From NCBI GenBank assembly GCA_000025185.1, contig CP001848.1, positions 2,010,001 to 2,042,000 on the forward strand: DNA of 32,000 bases, given 5' to 3'. The translations under genes and the position numbers were made by a program. Below the pieces are notes generated by a model. The model worked only from the letters and a program-made list of their open reading frames with translations, made no database searches and had not been told where the DNA came from. Source of the DNA: Pirellula staleyi DSM 6068. Its GTDB lineage: Bacteria > Planctomycetota > Planctomycetia > Pirellulales > Pirellulaceae. Of the stretch, positions 1 through 9,069 are shown piece by piece (position 1 is the stretch's first letter; every line of letters starts with the position of its first letter).

Positions 1-885
1 ACGAAAGACGATACCGTGATGATGCATCCGGGGCACGATAACCCGAAGAAGATCCGTGCGACGGGTGAGCCTGACCCCGAGATTCCGATCGTCAGCTTCA
101 CGACCACCGATGGCAAGCCGCTGGCGGTGCTCACCAACTACTCCTTGCATTACGTCGGAGCGCCGGCGATATCAGCCGACTATTTTGCCGATGTTTGCGA
201 CGAGATGACCAAACTGCTCGGCGCGAGCGAAATCCCCACGTTCATGGCCGCGCACAGCAACGCCACCAGCGGCGACATGTGGCTGATGGACTACACCAAG
301 CCAAAGCGGGCGATGTTCGATAAGCTCTCCGTGGCTAAAGAAGTCGCCGCTGCAGCGCATGCCGCCATGGCCAACATCGAGTACTTCGACTGGGTGCCGA
401 TTGTCATGGACGAACAACTGCTGAACGTCGATGTCCGGATGCCATCAGCTCAGGAGGTGACAGTGGCGAAAGAGTTCATGAAGTCGTTTGAAGGTCGACT
501 CCCCAAAAATGTTCCCGAGGTCTATGCGCGCGAAACGGTGCTGCTGTCCGAGATGCCACCATCACGCGAGCTAAAACTGCAAGCGATTCGACTCGGCGAT
601 CTTGGCATCGCTTCGATCCCGAACGAAACGTATTCGAGCACCGGCCTGGCGATCAAGAAAGCGAGTCCAATCAAGACGACGATGTGCATTGAGCTGGCCA
701 ACGGATGTGAAGGCTATATTCCGCCCGAAGAGTTGCATCCACTTGGTGGCTACACCACGTGGCGCGCTCGAACTGCATGCTTGGTTCCGAAGGCGGAAGG
801 GATGATTCGCGCGGAGCTTGTAAAGATGCTTACCAAGATCGCCTCGCAGCGAACGAATGAACTCTCTGTAGCTTCTGCGAAGTGA
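1..885 (+). CDS. C-terminal part of a hydrolase-like protein, possibly of the neutral/alkaline ceramidase-like family; the 5' end lies outside the window
   Basis: Frame 1 is open from base 1 (no stop before the listed ATG at 16) through to TGA at 883-885. Composition is protein-like. The C-terminal segment ELANGCEGYIPPEELHPLGGYTTW resembles ceramidase-like proteins from memory only. Confidence 0.6.
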   Translation, partial: TKDDTVMMHPGHDNPKKIRATGEPDPEIPIVSFTTTDGKPLAVLTNYSLHYVGAPAISADYFADVCDEMTKLLGASEIPTFMAAHSNATSGDMWLMDYTKPKRAMFDKLSVAKEVAAAAHAAMANIEYFDWVPIVMDEQLLNVDVRMPSAQEVTVAKEFMKSFEGRLPKNVPEVYARETVLLSEMPPSRELKLQAIRLGDLGIASIPNETYSSTGLAIKKASPIKTTMCIELANGCEGYIPPEELHPLGGYTTWRARTACLVPKAEGMIRAELVKMLTKIASQRTNELSVASAK

Positions 886-1047
886 ATCGCTGAAGCCTCT
901 TCACGGTAATGGTTTGCCAAAAACTCACTCCGAAAAGTTGCCGGCAAGTGGACGCGAGTTCACTATTCTTCTAGGTTGGCACTTCTAGAATTTTGCCGTT
1001 CCCGTGGTGGTCTTCGCTGCAATGCACAACTTGAAAGGAGCTCCAAA

Positions 1048-1314
1048 ATGGGAATTCTTGCGTGGATTATTTTTGGTTTGCTGGCCGGTATCGTGGCCAA
1101 GTGGATCATGCCAGGTAATGATCCTGGTGGCTGGATTATCACAATTCTGCTCGGCATCGCTGGCGCGTTTGTCGGCGGATTTGTGGGATCGCAACTCGGA
1201 TTTGCTGCCGGTGGGCCGTTCGGTTTCAACTGGCCCAGTTTCGGTCTAGCAATCCTGGGTTCGTTGATCATTTTGGCAGTCTACCGACTGATCAATAATC
1301 GACGAATTGCCTAG
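1048..1314 (+). CDS. GlsB/YeaQ/YmgE family small membrane (stress-response) protein
   Basis: ATG at 1048 follows AAAGGAG (1034-1040). The 88-aa product MGILAWIIFGLLAGIVAKWIMPG... has Gly-rich TM helices typical of this family. The 976 start in the track adds a non-protein-like extension. Confidence 0.85.
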   Translation: MGILAWIIFGLLAGIVAKWIMPGNDPGGWIITILLGIAGAFVGGFVGSQLGFAAGGPFGFNWPSFGLAILGSLIILAVYRLINNRRIA

Positions 1315-1401
1315 TTGCCAAGGGCTGAGCGAGTAGCAAGAGAGTGCTCGCTCAAGCCTGTTTTGCAAGTGTCGTGTCGGAATTAAAACTTTCTGAGCAA
1401 C

Positions 1402-1455
1402 AAAAAAGTCCGCCGAAGTTTCTCTTGCGAGTGCTTCGGTGGACTTCTGTTTTTA
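1402..1455. terminator. Bidirectional rho-independent terminator between the convergent GlsB-like gene and tkt
   Basis: Inverted repeat GTCCGCCGAAG (1408-1418) / CTTCGGTGGAC (1434-1444) with one G-U pair. It is flanked by an A-run (1402-1407) and a T-rich tract (1448-1455), so it gives a hairpin plus U-run on either strand. Confidence 0.75.
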
Positions 1456-1484
1456 TTGTTGTCGTCGGATGAACGGACAGCGGC

Positions 1485-3545
1485 TTAGAGCAGCGACTTC
1501 ACCTTGGCGGCGACGTTCTCGCTGGTGATGCCAAACTTTTTGTAGAGCTGGTTGAAGGGACCACTCGCACCAAAGCTGCTCATACCGACAAACTCGCCGC
1601 GCGAGCCGAGGTACTTGTCCCAGCCCATACGAATGCCCGCTTCAACAGCGACACGTGCGGTCACCGAAGTGGGGAGTACCGATTCGCGATACTCAGCCGA
1701 CTGTTCGTCGAACCACTCTTGGCAAGGCATGCTTACCAGGCGAACCGCCACACCTTCAGCGGTGAGTGCTTCGTAGGCTTTCATCGCGATGTCGAGCTCG
1801 CTTCCTGTGGCCATGATGATAGCGGTTGGTTTGCCACCGGCAGCATCGGCCAAGATATAGCCACCCTTGGCGGTGAGTGCTGCAGCGCCGAACTTGGTGC
1901 GATCGATGGTCGGCAAGTTCTGGCGCGAGAGGACCATCGCAATCGGGTGCGTTTGGCGAGTCATCGCGGCGCGATAAGCTTCAGCCACTTCGTTGGCATC
2001 GCCGGGGCGGCAAACGTCGAGGCCAGGAATCGCGCGGCAAGCAGCCAAGTGCTCGACAGGCTGATGCGTGGGGCCATCTTCGCCCAGGCCAATCGAGTCG
2101 TGCGTGAGGACATAAGTTACCGGGCGATGCATGATCGACGAGAGTCGCATCGAGGGACGCATGTAGTCGGTGAAGACGAAGAACGTCGCGCAGTACGGAC
2201 GGAGCCCGCTGAGCGAAAGGCCATTGCAAATCGCAGCCATCGCGTGCTCGCGAATACCAAAGTGGAGGTTGCGTCCTCCGTAGTCGTGAGCCGAGAAATG
2301 CCCCGCACCTTCGAATTCGAGCATCGTCATCGTCGACGGAGCAAGGTCAGCCGATCCACCGATCATCCACGGGAAGTTCTTGGCGATGGCGTTGATTACT
2401 TTGCCCGACGATACGCGCGAAGCGAGTCCCTTGGCGTCGGCTGGAAACGTAGGAATCGCCGAATCCCAACCCGTTGGTAATTTGCCGGCCCAGATTTCTT
2501 TCAGCTGAGCGGCTTCGGTGGGGAAAGCGTTTTCGTAAGCGGCAAACTGTTTGGCCCAATTCTCGCGAGCTTCGCTGCCGCGCTTACCGATGCCATCGGC
2601 GAAGTGCTGCTTCACTTCCTCAGGCACCAGGAACTTGGCGTCGACCGGCCAGCCGTAAACCGCTTTGGTGAGTTTGATTTCTTCTTCGCCGAGCGGAGCA
2701 CCGTGGGCGTTGTGGGTGTTCGCTTTGTTCGGCGAACCCCAGCCGATCACGCTCTTGAGGATCACCAGGGTTGGTTTGCCGGTGGTGTTTTTGAATTCGT
2801 CAATCGCTGCCTGTAATGCCGCGACATCGTTGGCGTCGGTGACCGTCAGAGTGTTCCAGCCGAGTCCTTCGAAACGCTTGGCAGCATTTTCGCTGAAAGC
2901 AAGTTCGGTTTCGCCTTCAATGGTGATGTTGTTGTCGTCGTAGATCCAGATCAGGTTATCAAGACCCAGGTGACCGGCGACCGAAGCTGCTTCGCAGCCG
3001 ACACCTTCCATCACGTCGCCGTCGCTGCAGAGCACATACACACGATTCTCGAACAGCTCAAAGCCAGGGCGGTTGTAGCGAGCGCCAAACCATTTGGCGG
3101 CCATCGCCATGCCGACGCTGTTGGCGATCCCTTGTCCGAGCGGGCCGGTCGTGGTCTCAATTCCCGAAGCATCGCCGTACTCAGGATGGCCAGCACAAGG
3201 GCTGCCGATCTGACGGAAGTTTTGGATGTCTTCGATAGTGATCGACGGGGCGTCGTGCACCTTGCCCGCTTTGTCGACCTTCTTGAGGCCGGCGAGGTGG
3301 ATCATCGAGTACAGCAGCATCGACGCGTGACCGCACGACAGAACGAAACGATCGCGGCAGGGCCAGTTTGGGTCGGCTGGGTCGAGGCGCAAGTTGTTTT
3401 GCCAAATGGTATACGCAATCGGCGCTAGGGCCATCGGCGTACCAGGGTGACCACTATTAGCCTTCTGCACCGCGTCCATCGAAAGGGTGCGGATCGTGTT
3501 GATTGCGAGTTGCTCTACGCTGATCGAAGTCGAGGCCGATGCCAT
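1485..3545 (-). CDS. tkt: Transketolase
   Basis: 686 aa. N-terminal SGHPGTPMALAP, TPP-binding LCSDGDVMEGV, and the signature THDSIGLGEDGPTHQPVEHL. Confidence 0.97.
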   Translation of the reverse strand: MASASTSISVEQLAINTIRTLSMDAVQKANSGHPGTPMALAPIAYTIWQNNLRLDPADPNWPCRDRFVLSCGHASMLLYSMIHLAGLKKVDKAGKVHDAPSITIEDIQNFRQIGSPCAGHPEYGDASGIETTTGPLGQGIANSVGMAMAAKWFGARYNRPGFELFENRVYVLCSDGDVMEGVGCEAASVAGHLGLDNLIWIYDDNNITIEGETELAFSENAAKRFEGLGWNTLTVTDANDVAALQAAIDEFKNTTGKPTLVILKSVIGWGSPNKANTHNAHGAPLGEEEIKLTKAVYGWPVDAKFLVPEEVKQHFADGIGKRGSEARENWAKQFAAYENAFPTEAAQLKEIWAGKLPTGWDSAIPTFPADAKGLASRVSSGKVINAIAKNFPWMIGGSADLAPSTMTMLEFEGAGHFSAHDYGGRNLHFGIREHAMAAICNGLSLSGLRPYCATFFVFTDYMRPSMRLSSIMHRPVTYVLTHDSIGLGEDGPTHQPVEHLAACRAIPGLDVCRPGDANEVAEAYRAAMTRQTHPIAMVLSRQNLPTIDRTKFGAAALTAKGGYILADAAGGKPTAIIMATGSELDIAMKAYEALTAEGVAVRLVSMPCQEWFDEQSAEYRESVLPTSVTARVAVEAGIRMGWDKYLGSRGEFVGMSSFGASGPFNQLYKKFGITSENVAAKVKSLL

Positions 3546-4014
3546 GAATTTCCTGCTTACTCGTTCACAAAGGGAAAGGGACTTTTGCCAGGGATCGCTG
3601 CAGTGGGGGCGTCACTCGCTCTAGCTTCTTCGCCAGTTGAGGAGCCCAGCCTCCGCACGGGCACACCGCGGCCCGCCCTGCTCATTTCTGCACATAAAAC
3701 AGAACTGCAAGTGTACTAGCCAGCGGTTTACACCGTCAACGCTGTGGGAAAGAGAAGAGGCCCGATGCGATAGGCCCTGTGACAAGGAGCGAAACCAGCA
3801 GCAGCGCTGCCAGTCGCTCCCGCCGGAATGCATGCCAGATAGTGGATGCCGATGGCCCCTTAGCGGCAACTAGCAGCGCGAGATTGCACACTAAAAACTG
3901 AGCTGGGTGGCATTGGCCTTCGGCTGGTGCGATGCGTGAATGGTGGCCCTCGAGCTCAAGTGATGTTCAGGCTACTGGCTGAGGGCGAGGCAGGCTGAAG
4001 TTTGGCGAGTCAAT

Positions 4015-4572
4015 TTACTGCGGCACCATGATGTAGACGGCAGCCGCGTCGGTGAAACCAGCCAGAACGATTCCGCTTTTGGTGTTCACTTCCTCGACCT
4101 TAAAGGCGACTTCATATTGGTCGTAGCTGCCGAGCGGCGCTTGGGCTGGCTTCCCTTTTTTGCTCGAAACCAGGGTTATGCTTTTGGCGGGCAGGTCGAT
4201 GGTGGCCACTGGTTCTGGAATTTCAGGATAGAGACCATCGGAGTGCTGGTTGTTGAGCCACTTGGCCAGATCTTCGGCCGTCACATCGCTGGCAAACTGG
4301 TAGATTTTGCCCGACATCGGAAACTTCTCGTTCTTATTGTCGATCAGAACCATCACGACCGCTCGCTCTTTTTCGAGCGTATAGAACACACGCGTGTTGG
4401 TATAGCCGATCTGTCCCTGATTGGCGACGAAGCGCTTCACCCCTTCCGCTTTGACGTCGAGTTTCACTGCCGGTGCCTCTTTTTCCTCGGTTAGTCCTAG
4501 TGTTGGAATGGAGACCAAGGAACCTATCACCAGCGAGCAGATCACGGCCAATGAGCGAGATGCGTGAAACAT
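4015..4572 (-). CDS. Secreted or periplasmic hypothetical protein
   Basis: 185-aa ATG ORF with an N-terminal hydrophobic signal-like segment (SLAVICSLVIGSLVSIPTLG) and Lys/Glu-rich protein-like composition. No domain recognised. The 125-aa antisense ORF is not protein-like. Confidence 0.65.
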   Translation of the reverse strand: MFHASRSLAVICSLVIGSLVSIPTLGLTEEKEAPAVKLDVKAEGVKRFVANQGQIGYTNTRVFYTLEKERAVVMVLIDNKNEKFPMSGKIYQFASDVTAEDLAKWLNNQHSDGLYPEIPEPVATIDLPAKSITLVSSKKGKPAQAPLGSYDQYEVAFKVEEVNTKSGIVLAGFTDAAAVYIMVPQ

Positions 4573-4707
4573 AGAAATCGTTTTCCAGTTCGAAGTTTGC
4601 CAACCGAAGGATGCAACGCGAGGTTCGATGAGAGCTCTATAGTTTAAGCAGTCGCCGCCGAAGTTCGCATTGAAACGTGGAATTTAATTCCCTGCTTGTC
4701 CCTTCCC

Positions 4708-5775
4708 TCACTCACCTAGTTTGGCAAACAGCACAGGGCTGGTGTTGGTTTTGTAGTTCCCTTCTTTGTCGAGGGGACGGCCGTTGCCGTTGCTGCCAGG
4801 GGCGGTGGTGACAATTGCCAGTTGAGGCGCACGCTCGCGCAGCGCCAGGCTTTGGGCGTTAATGAACTTTTTGTTCTCGTAAGCCACTTCGGCGAGCCCC
4901 GGTTTCACGTAGCAAAGTTTTCCCTGCCCAGGGGTACCGCAAGTGACCAGAAAAATCAGCCCGGAGGAGTGAAACGCGATATCGACAACGCTCACCTCCT
5001 GCTCACCGCCCAGGGAGAATTTCTCTCTCCGCTCGCCGGTCGCCAGATCAAAGAGAACCAGTGTCGGCGTGCCAACCACAGTGCCGCCGTTTTTGGGTTC
5101 ACAGCCACCGATCGCGAGCGTCCCTGTGGCAGCGTCGATTGCCAAAGCACGAATGCCCCCTACATCTTGCAGGCGACTCAGGAGAAAAAGTTCGGCTACC
5201 GCGTATTCGGTGATGATCTTGCCATCGAGCGCCACGCGCCGCGCGATGCCACGATCGTCGCCGACGATGATCGACTGGCCATCGGGCGCGAAACGAATGC
5301 AAAACAGATCGCGGCCACCGGCGGTGAAACTGGTGACGAGTTTGCCCGTTTCCAGCTCAGCGACGCAAACTTTCGCATCACTCCCGCAGCTGACAAGTGT
5401 TTTACCATCGCTGCTGACCGCCAGATCGCGCACCCAGCCATCGTGCGCGGTGTCGAGTGTCCAGCGAGGCTTGTCCTCGGTGGTGAGCAAATCCCAGGCT
5501 GCAATTTTTCCCCAGGAATCGGCCGTAAAGAGCCAATTCCCCTCGGCGCGAAAAGCGATCGCAGTCGACCAGCCACTGTGGCCCGTCAGCGGCGCAAGTT
5601 CTTTCGCTTCTTCGGTGGAAACATCCCAGCGGCGAATTTTGGCGTCGAAGCTGGTGGCGATGAGCGTGTTGCCGTCAGGCGAGAAGCGGGCAACGGTCAG
5701 CTGCACTTCGGGCGTGATCGAAAGTCCAAGCTGTGGCTCGAGCGATTTCACAAGATCAGCGGTGGTGATGTCCAT
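4708..5775 (-). CDS. WD40/beta-propeller repeat protein
   Basis: 355 aa with repeated FSPDG...S.D..I..WD-type blades (ARFSPDGNTLIATSFDAKIRRWD, AVSSDGKTLVSCGSDAKVCV, RFAPDGQSIIVGDDRG). No obvious signal peptide. The ATG lies 12 nt after the DUF1501 stop, and AAGGA overlaps that stop. Confidence 0.9.
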   Translation of the reverse strand: MDITTADLVKSLEPQLGLSITPEVQLTVARFSPDGNTLIATSFDAKIRRWDVSTEEAKELAPLTGHSGWSTAIAFRAEGNWLFTADSWGKIAAWDLLTTEDKPRWTLDTAHDGWVRDLAVSSDGKTLVSCGSDAKVCVAELETGKLVTSFTAGGRDLFCIRFAPDGQSIIVGDDRGIARRVALDGKIITEYAVAELFLLSRLQDVGGIRALAIDAATGTLAIGGCEPKNGGTVVGTPTLVLFDLATGERREKFSLGGEQEVSVVDIAFHSSGLIFLVTCGTPGQGKLCYVKPGLAEVAYENKKFINAQSLALRERAPQLAIVTTAPGSNGNGRPLDKEGNYKTNTSPVLFAKLGE

Positions 5776-5787
5776 GCGAAGGAATCC

Positions 5788-7071
5788 TTATAGCAGCAGC
5801 TGTTTCACCACCGAGCAATCGTCGTGCGCCAGCGGCAAGGGCTGACCCGCGTTGTCGTACTCGGTTTTCGACGTATCGATGCCAAGGGCTGCAAACCAGG
5901 TGTGAAACATGTGACCGATGTCGTACGCCTCGCCGTCGACAAACGTTCCGAGCGCGTTGGTTTTGCCGATCACCGCACCCTTTTGCACGCCACAGCCTGC
6001 CATGGCAATCGACCATGCTTCGGGCCAATGATCGCGACCAATATGTCCGTTGATGCGCGGCGTGCGACCAAACTCGCTGAGCGCAATCACAAGGGTGTTA
6101 TCGAGCAGTCCACGCTCGTTTAAGTCTTCGATAAGTGAAGCAAAAGGCTGATCGAAACGAGGCACCAGACTCAAGTGGCCATTGAAATTGTCGCCGTGCG
6201 TATCCCAGCCATAGCTGTTCACTTTCACGAACGTGACGCCCGCTTCGATCATCTTGCGAGCCTGCAGAATGTGCCTGCCGAGTTCGTGGGTGCCGTAGCG
6301 CTCGACATCACGCGGGTCGAACGTGGTTGTGTCGAAGAGGTCTTGCCTACGCATCAGATTGCGAGCGACGTCGTAGACATAGCTGCTCGCATCGCTGACC
6401 GTTGGCGAGCGCCCTTGGGCATAGCGAGCGTTGATCTTCTCGCGCAGCGATTGGCGGCGTGTTTCTTCGTCCATCGTGAGCGAAGCGTGGAGCGGAAGAT
6501 TTTCGGGTGGCTTGCCATCGCCGAAAGCGACCGCTCCGAACTTGGGTCCGAGGAAGCCAGCATCCTGATGCATGAAGCCGCCGCTGCCGGGTTTGATCCA
6601 AACATACGGAGGGAGTCCGCTTTCGCCGGGGCCCAGCAGTTTGGCGACCGCGCTACCGAAGTAGGGATAGGTGACGCCCCGATTCTTGGGATCGCCGCGC
6701 TGAATCCGCGCAACACCGGCGGAGTGCGAATTGTCTTGCGTACACATGCTCCGCACGACCGCAAGGTGATGCATCTGCTGCGAAGTTTTACGAAGCAGCT
6801 CGCTGACATGCACGCCGGGAACGCTGGTCGGAATCGCGCGAAACGGACCACCAAACAGCGTGTTGGGTTTCGGGTCCCACGATTCGAGTTGGCTCATGCC
6901 CCCATCGATCCAAATCATCAGCACTTGTTTGCGACGCTTGGCAAGATCATCCGCGAGCGAGCGGCTGGCGAGTGGACCCATCATGCCAGCCGCAGCCCCA
7001 GCAATCGTCGATGCGAGCATCGCTCGACGTGAAAGTCGATGTTCCCAGGCGGGGCATTTTGTATTGTTCAT
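5788..7071 (-). CDS. DUF1501 domain protein (sulfatase/alkaline-phosphatase-like fold) with a twin-arginine signal
   Basis: N-terminus MNNTKCPAWEHRLSRRAMLASTIAGAAAG carries a Tat motif (SRRAML). GRDHWP and other DUF1501-type motifs are present. I prefer ATG at 7071 over the TTG at 7101 given in the track. Confidence 0.9.
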   Translation of the reverse strand: MNNTKCPAWEHRLSRRAMLASTIAGAAAGMMGPLASRSLADDLAKRRKQVLMIWIDGGMSQLESWDPKPNTLFGGPFRAIPTSVPGVHVSELLRKTSQQMHHLAVVRSMCTQDNSHSAGVARIQRGDPKNRGVTYPYFGSAVAKLLGPGESGLPPYVWIKPGSGGFMHQDAGFLGPKFGAVAFGDGKPPENLPLHASLTMDEETRRQSLREKINARYAQGRSPTVSDASSYVYDVARNLMRRQDLFDTTTFDPRDVERYGTHELGRHILQARKMIEAGVTFVKVNSYGWDTHGDNFNGHLSLVPRFDQPFASLIEDLNERGLLDNTLVIALSEFGRTPRINGHIGRDHWPEAWSIAMAGCGVQKGAVIGKTNALGTFVDGEAYDIGHMFHTWFAALGIDTSKTEYDNAGQPLPLAHDDCSVVKQLLL

Positions 7072-7245
7072 CGAAGACTTCTTTCCAAGCCTGCTGAGCA
7101 ACTTACGCTAATGATTCTTCGATCGCTTCATGTCACCTTGGTTCGCGATGCTCACTGCTGGGCCAGCCAGCAGTGCCAGCCAGCATCTCAGTCACTCGAA
7201 ATATTCGTACGTCTGATCTCTGCCCCCGACCTCTGCCCACAACCA

Positions 7246-8877
7246 CTAGTGATTCAAACAGAACTCGTTGGAAGCAATCAGCGCCCAAAGCAGCTCGCGC
7301 GTCAGTTGCTCTTTGGGCTCTTTTCCAGCAAGCCACTCGGCAACTTCGCGCGATTCCTCTTCGCTAGGCAAGCGGCTGAGGACCGAGGTGTAGAGCCTTG
7401 TGGCGAATTGCTGCGGATCGTTCTCCGCTAAAAGTTGCGCTGCGAGATTGTTCTCTTGCGGCGATAGCAGCTTCAGTAGTTCTTCGTCGTTCATCAGAAA
7501 GAGCGAACCTTTTACCGTCGGCGCAAACTCACCATCCGGTTCTCGCGGAGGAGGTGCAAACGATTTGTCGAGTCGCGTTTGCAACTTAATGAGTTGTTCG
7601 CTTCGTGGTGGAAGATCAGCAGCGCTTGGTTTGGCGTCGGCTGTTACCCGCTGGAGTTCATCGGTCGCGACAAGCAATGCGCGCAGCAGTTGCTGAGTAC
7701 TCAGGGGACGTTCAAAAGCCACTTGATAGGTCGGTTTCACCGGCCGCTCGCCCAAGTCATCGGGCCAGACTGACGACCGCTGGTAGGCCCGCGATAAAGT
7801 GATTTCACGAATCAAATAGCGAAGGTCAAACTTACTTGCCACCAGCGATGCAGCGAGCGCGTCGAGCAGTTCGGGATGCGAGGGTGGATTGTCGCTATGG
7901 GCCAGGTCGAGTGGATGTACGAGCCCGCGTCCCATCAGCATCCACCAGACACGATTGGCGATATTTCGAGCGAAATACGGGTTCTCAGCGGTCGGAAGAT
8001 CACTCGCAAGAATGGCGAGCGTGCTAAATTTTGGCTTTCCCGGAAACTTGGTTTTGCGATCAGGTGCGATCTCGAATTCTTCGCCAGCAGCGAACATCGG
8101 AATTGCTACTTCAGCGCGTCCTGGTAGCTGAGGACCGACGCTGCGAGGCTGCTGAACGAAGACCGAAACAAACTCGATTTTCTTCGTGAGTGGCTTCTCT
8201 GCAACTGCTGCAAACGAGACATCGCGGCGGATCTCGAGGTTGCCTACAAACGCCAAGAGTCCCTGGAAATATTCCTGCTTATACTCGTCGACAAACAGGT
8301 GATCGTGGCACTGGGCACATTGTACATCGACACCCAAAAACATCCGTCCGACATCGCGCACAAGGCCGGGAATGTCGACCGGGTTCTGGCCATAGTTCTC
8401 GAGGCGTTTGACATAGAAGAAAGCGGAGGCTCGCGACGCTTCGTCATCGGCATTAGGACTCAGAAGCTCACGCGACATGACATCCCACGGCTTATTCGCA
8501 GCGAATGAGCGATAGAGATAGGCTTGCCAATCGTCGCTGTCGCCGAGACGTTCCATCAGCAGATTGTGAAACGCTTGCGACATCCGCTGGGGATAGTCGC
8601 CCGACGCAAGTAGCCTATCGATGGTGCGCGTTCGCTTGTCGGCGGAGCTGTCGGCAAGAAAACTCGTCAGTTCCTCGCGCGTCGGCGTGCGGCCGGCGAG
8701 ATCGAGTGTCGCGCGGCGCAGGAACTCAGCATCCGAGGTGAGCGGCGCAAATTTCAAACTGGCATCAGCCTCGATCAGGCGATCGATCGTTATGTGAAGT
8801 GCGTCGTCGCTTCGCGCAAGATTGGCGAGCGTAGCAAGTGTCAACAAAACGGCTGTGGTGAGGAAGAAGCGATTCAT
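7246..8877 (-). CDS. DUF1549/DUF1553 domain protein (PSD1-type, short form without an N-terminal cytochrome c domain)
   Basis: 543 aa with a signal peptide (MNRFFLTTAVLLTLATLANLARS), the DUF1549-type GVDVQCAQCHDH motif, and the C-terminal ...LIASNEFCLNH typical of DUF1553. Confidence 0.9.
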   Translation of the reverse strand: MNRFFLTTAVLLTLATLANLARSDDALHITIDRLIEADASLKFAPLTSDAEFLRRATLDLAGRTPTREELTSFLADSSADKRTRTIDRLLASGDYPQRMSQAFHNLLMERLGDSDDWQAYLYRSFAANKPWDVMSRELLSPNADDEASRASAFFYVKRLENYGQNPVDIPGLVRDVGRMFLGVDVQCAQCHDHLFVDEYKQEYFQGLLAFVGNLEIRRDVSFAAVAEKPLTKKIEFVSVFVQQPRSVGPQLPGRAEVAIPMFAAGEEFEIAPDRKTKFPGKPKFSTLAILASDLPTAENPYFARNIANRVWWMLMGRGLVHPLDLAHSDNPPSHPELLDALAASLVASKFDLRYLIREITLSRAYQRSSVWPDDLGERPVKPTYQVAFERPLSTQQLLRALLVATDELQRVTADAKPSAADLPPRSEQLIKLQTRLDKSFAPPPREPDGEFAPTVKGSLFLMNDEELLKLLSPQENNLAAQLLAENDPQQFATRLYTSVLSRLPSEEESREVAEWLAGKEPKEQLTRELLWALIASNEFCLNH

Positions 8878-9069
8878 CGATCCCTACCTGCCCTGAGGTG
8901 TGAAAAAGTGGGCGAGCGGACGTATCGAGGCGGGCTGATGGATAGTGTAAGGTGGTGCTGCGCTGTCGCAAAGCAAATTTGCGTAATCTCTCCCCAGTGC
9001 TCCACTCGCTGCTCAAATCAATTGCCCGTTGCTGGCCATTTTCGCTCCACTTGCCCTGGGAATTCTCGC

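Noticed and set aside
977-996. TGGCAC...TTGC, sigma54-like; also 30035-30046
   Set aside because: The GG-to-GC spacing is 17 and 9 nt, against the required 12.
1402-1412. AAAAGTCC, superficially like the RNase P RNA GGAAAGUCC core
   Set aside because: It is part of the terminator hairpin, and none of the other RNase P conserved elements is present.
3621-3869. 82-aa ORF in the tkt upstream gap
   Set aside because: The translation is rich in Arg, Cys, Trp and His, there is no RBS, and it is matched by an equally poor ORF on the other strand.
4822-5845. Long plus-strand ORFs (323 aa and 258 aa) opposite the WD40 gene
   Set aside because: They are Arg/Ala/Ser/Pro-rich with no domain-like pattern. 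They lie antisense to a gene with clear WD40 repeats, which is typical of GC-rich antisense open frames.
6175-7032. 285-aa plus-strand ORF opposite the DUF1501 gene, with nested minus-strand ORFs at 6347-6854
   Set aside because: This is antisense or out-of-frame relative to a well-supported gene, and the composition is not protein-like.
8794-9069. N-terminal extension of the serine hydrolase ORF. Similar extensions occur at 13785-14045, 14031-14135, 18099-18245, 19022-19075, 20461-20502 and 30227-30304.
   Set aside because: The extended parts are not protein-like, often use TTG, overlap neighbouring genes or promoters, and precede better starts that have an RBS or a family-typical N-terminus.
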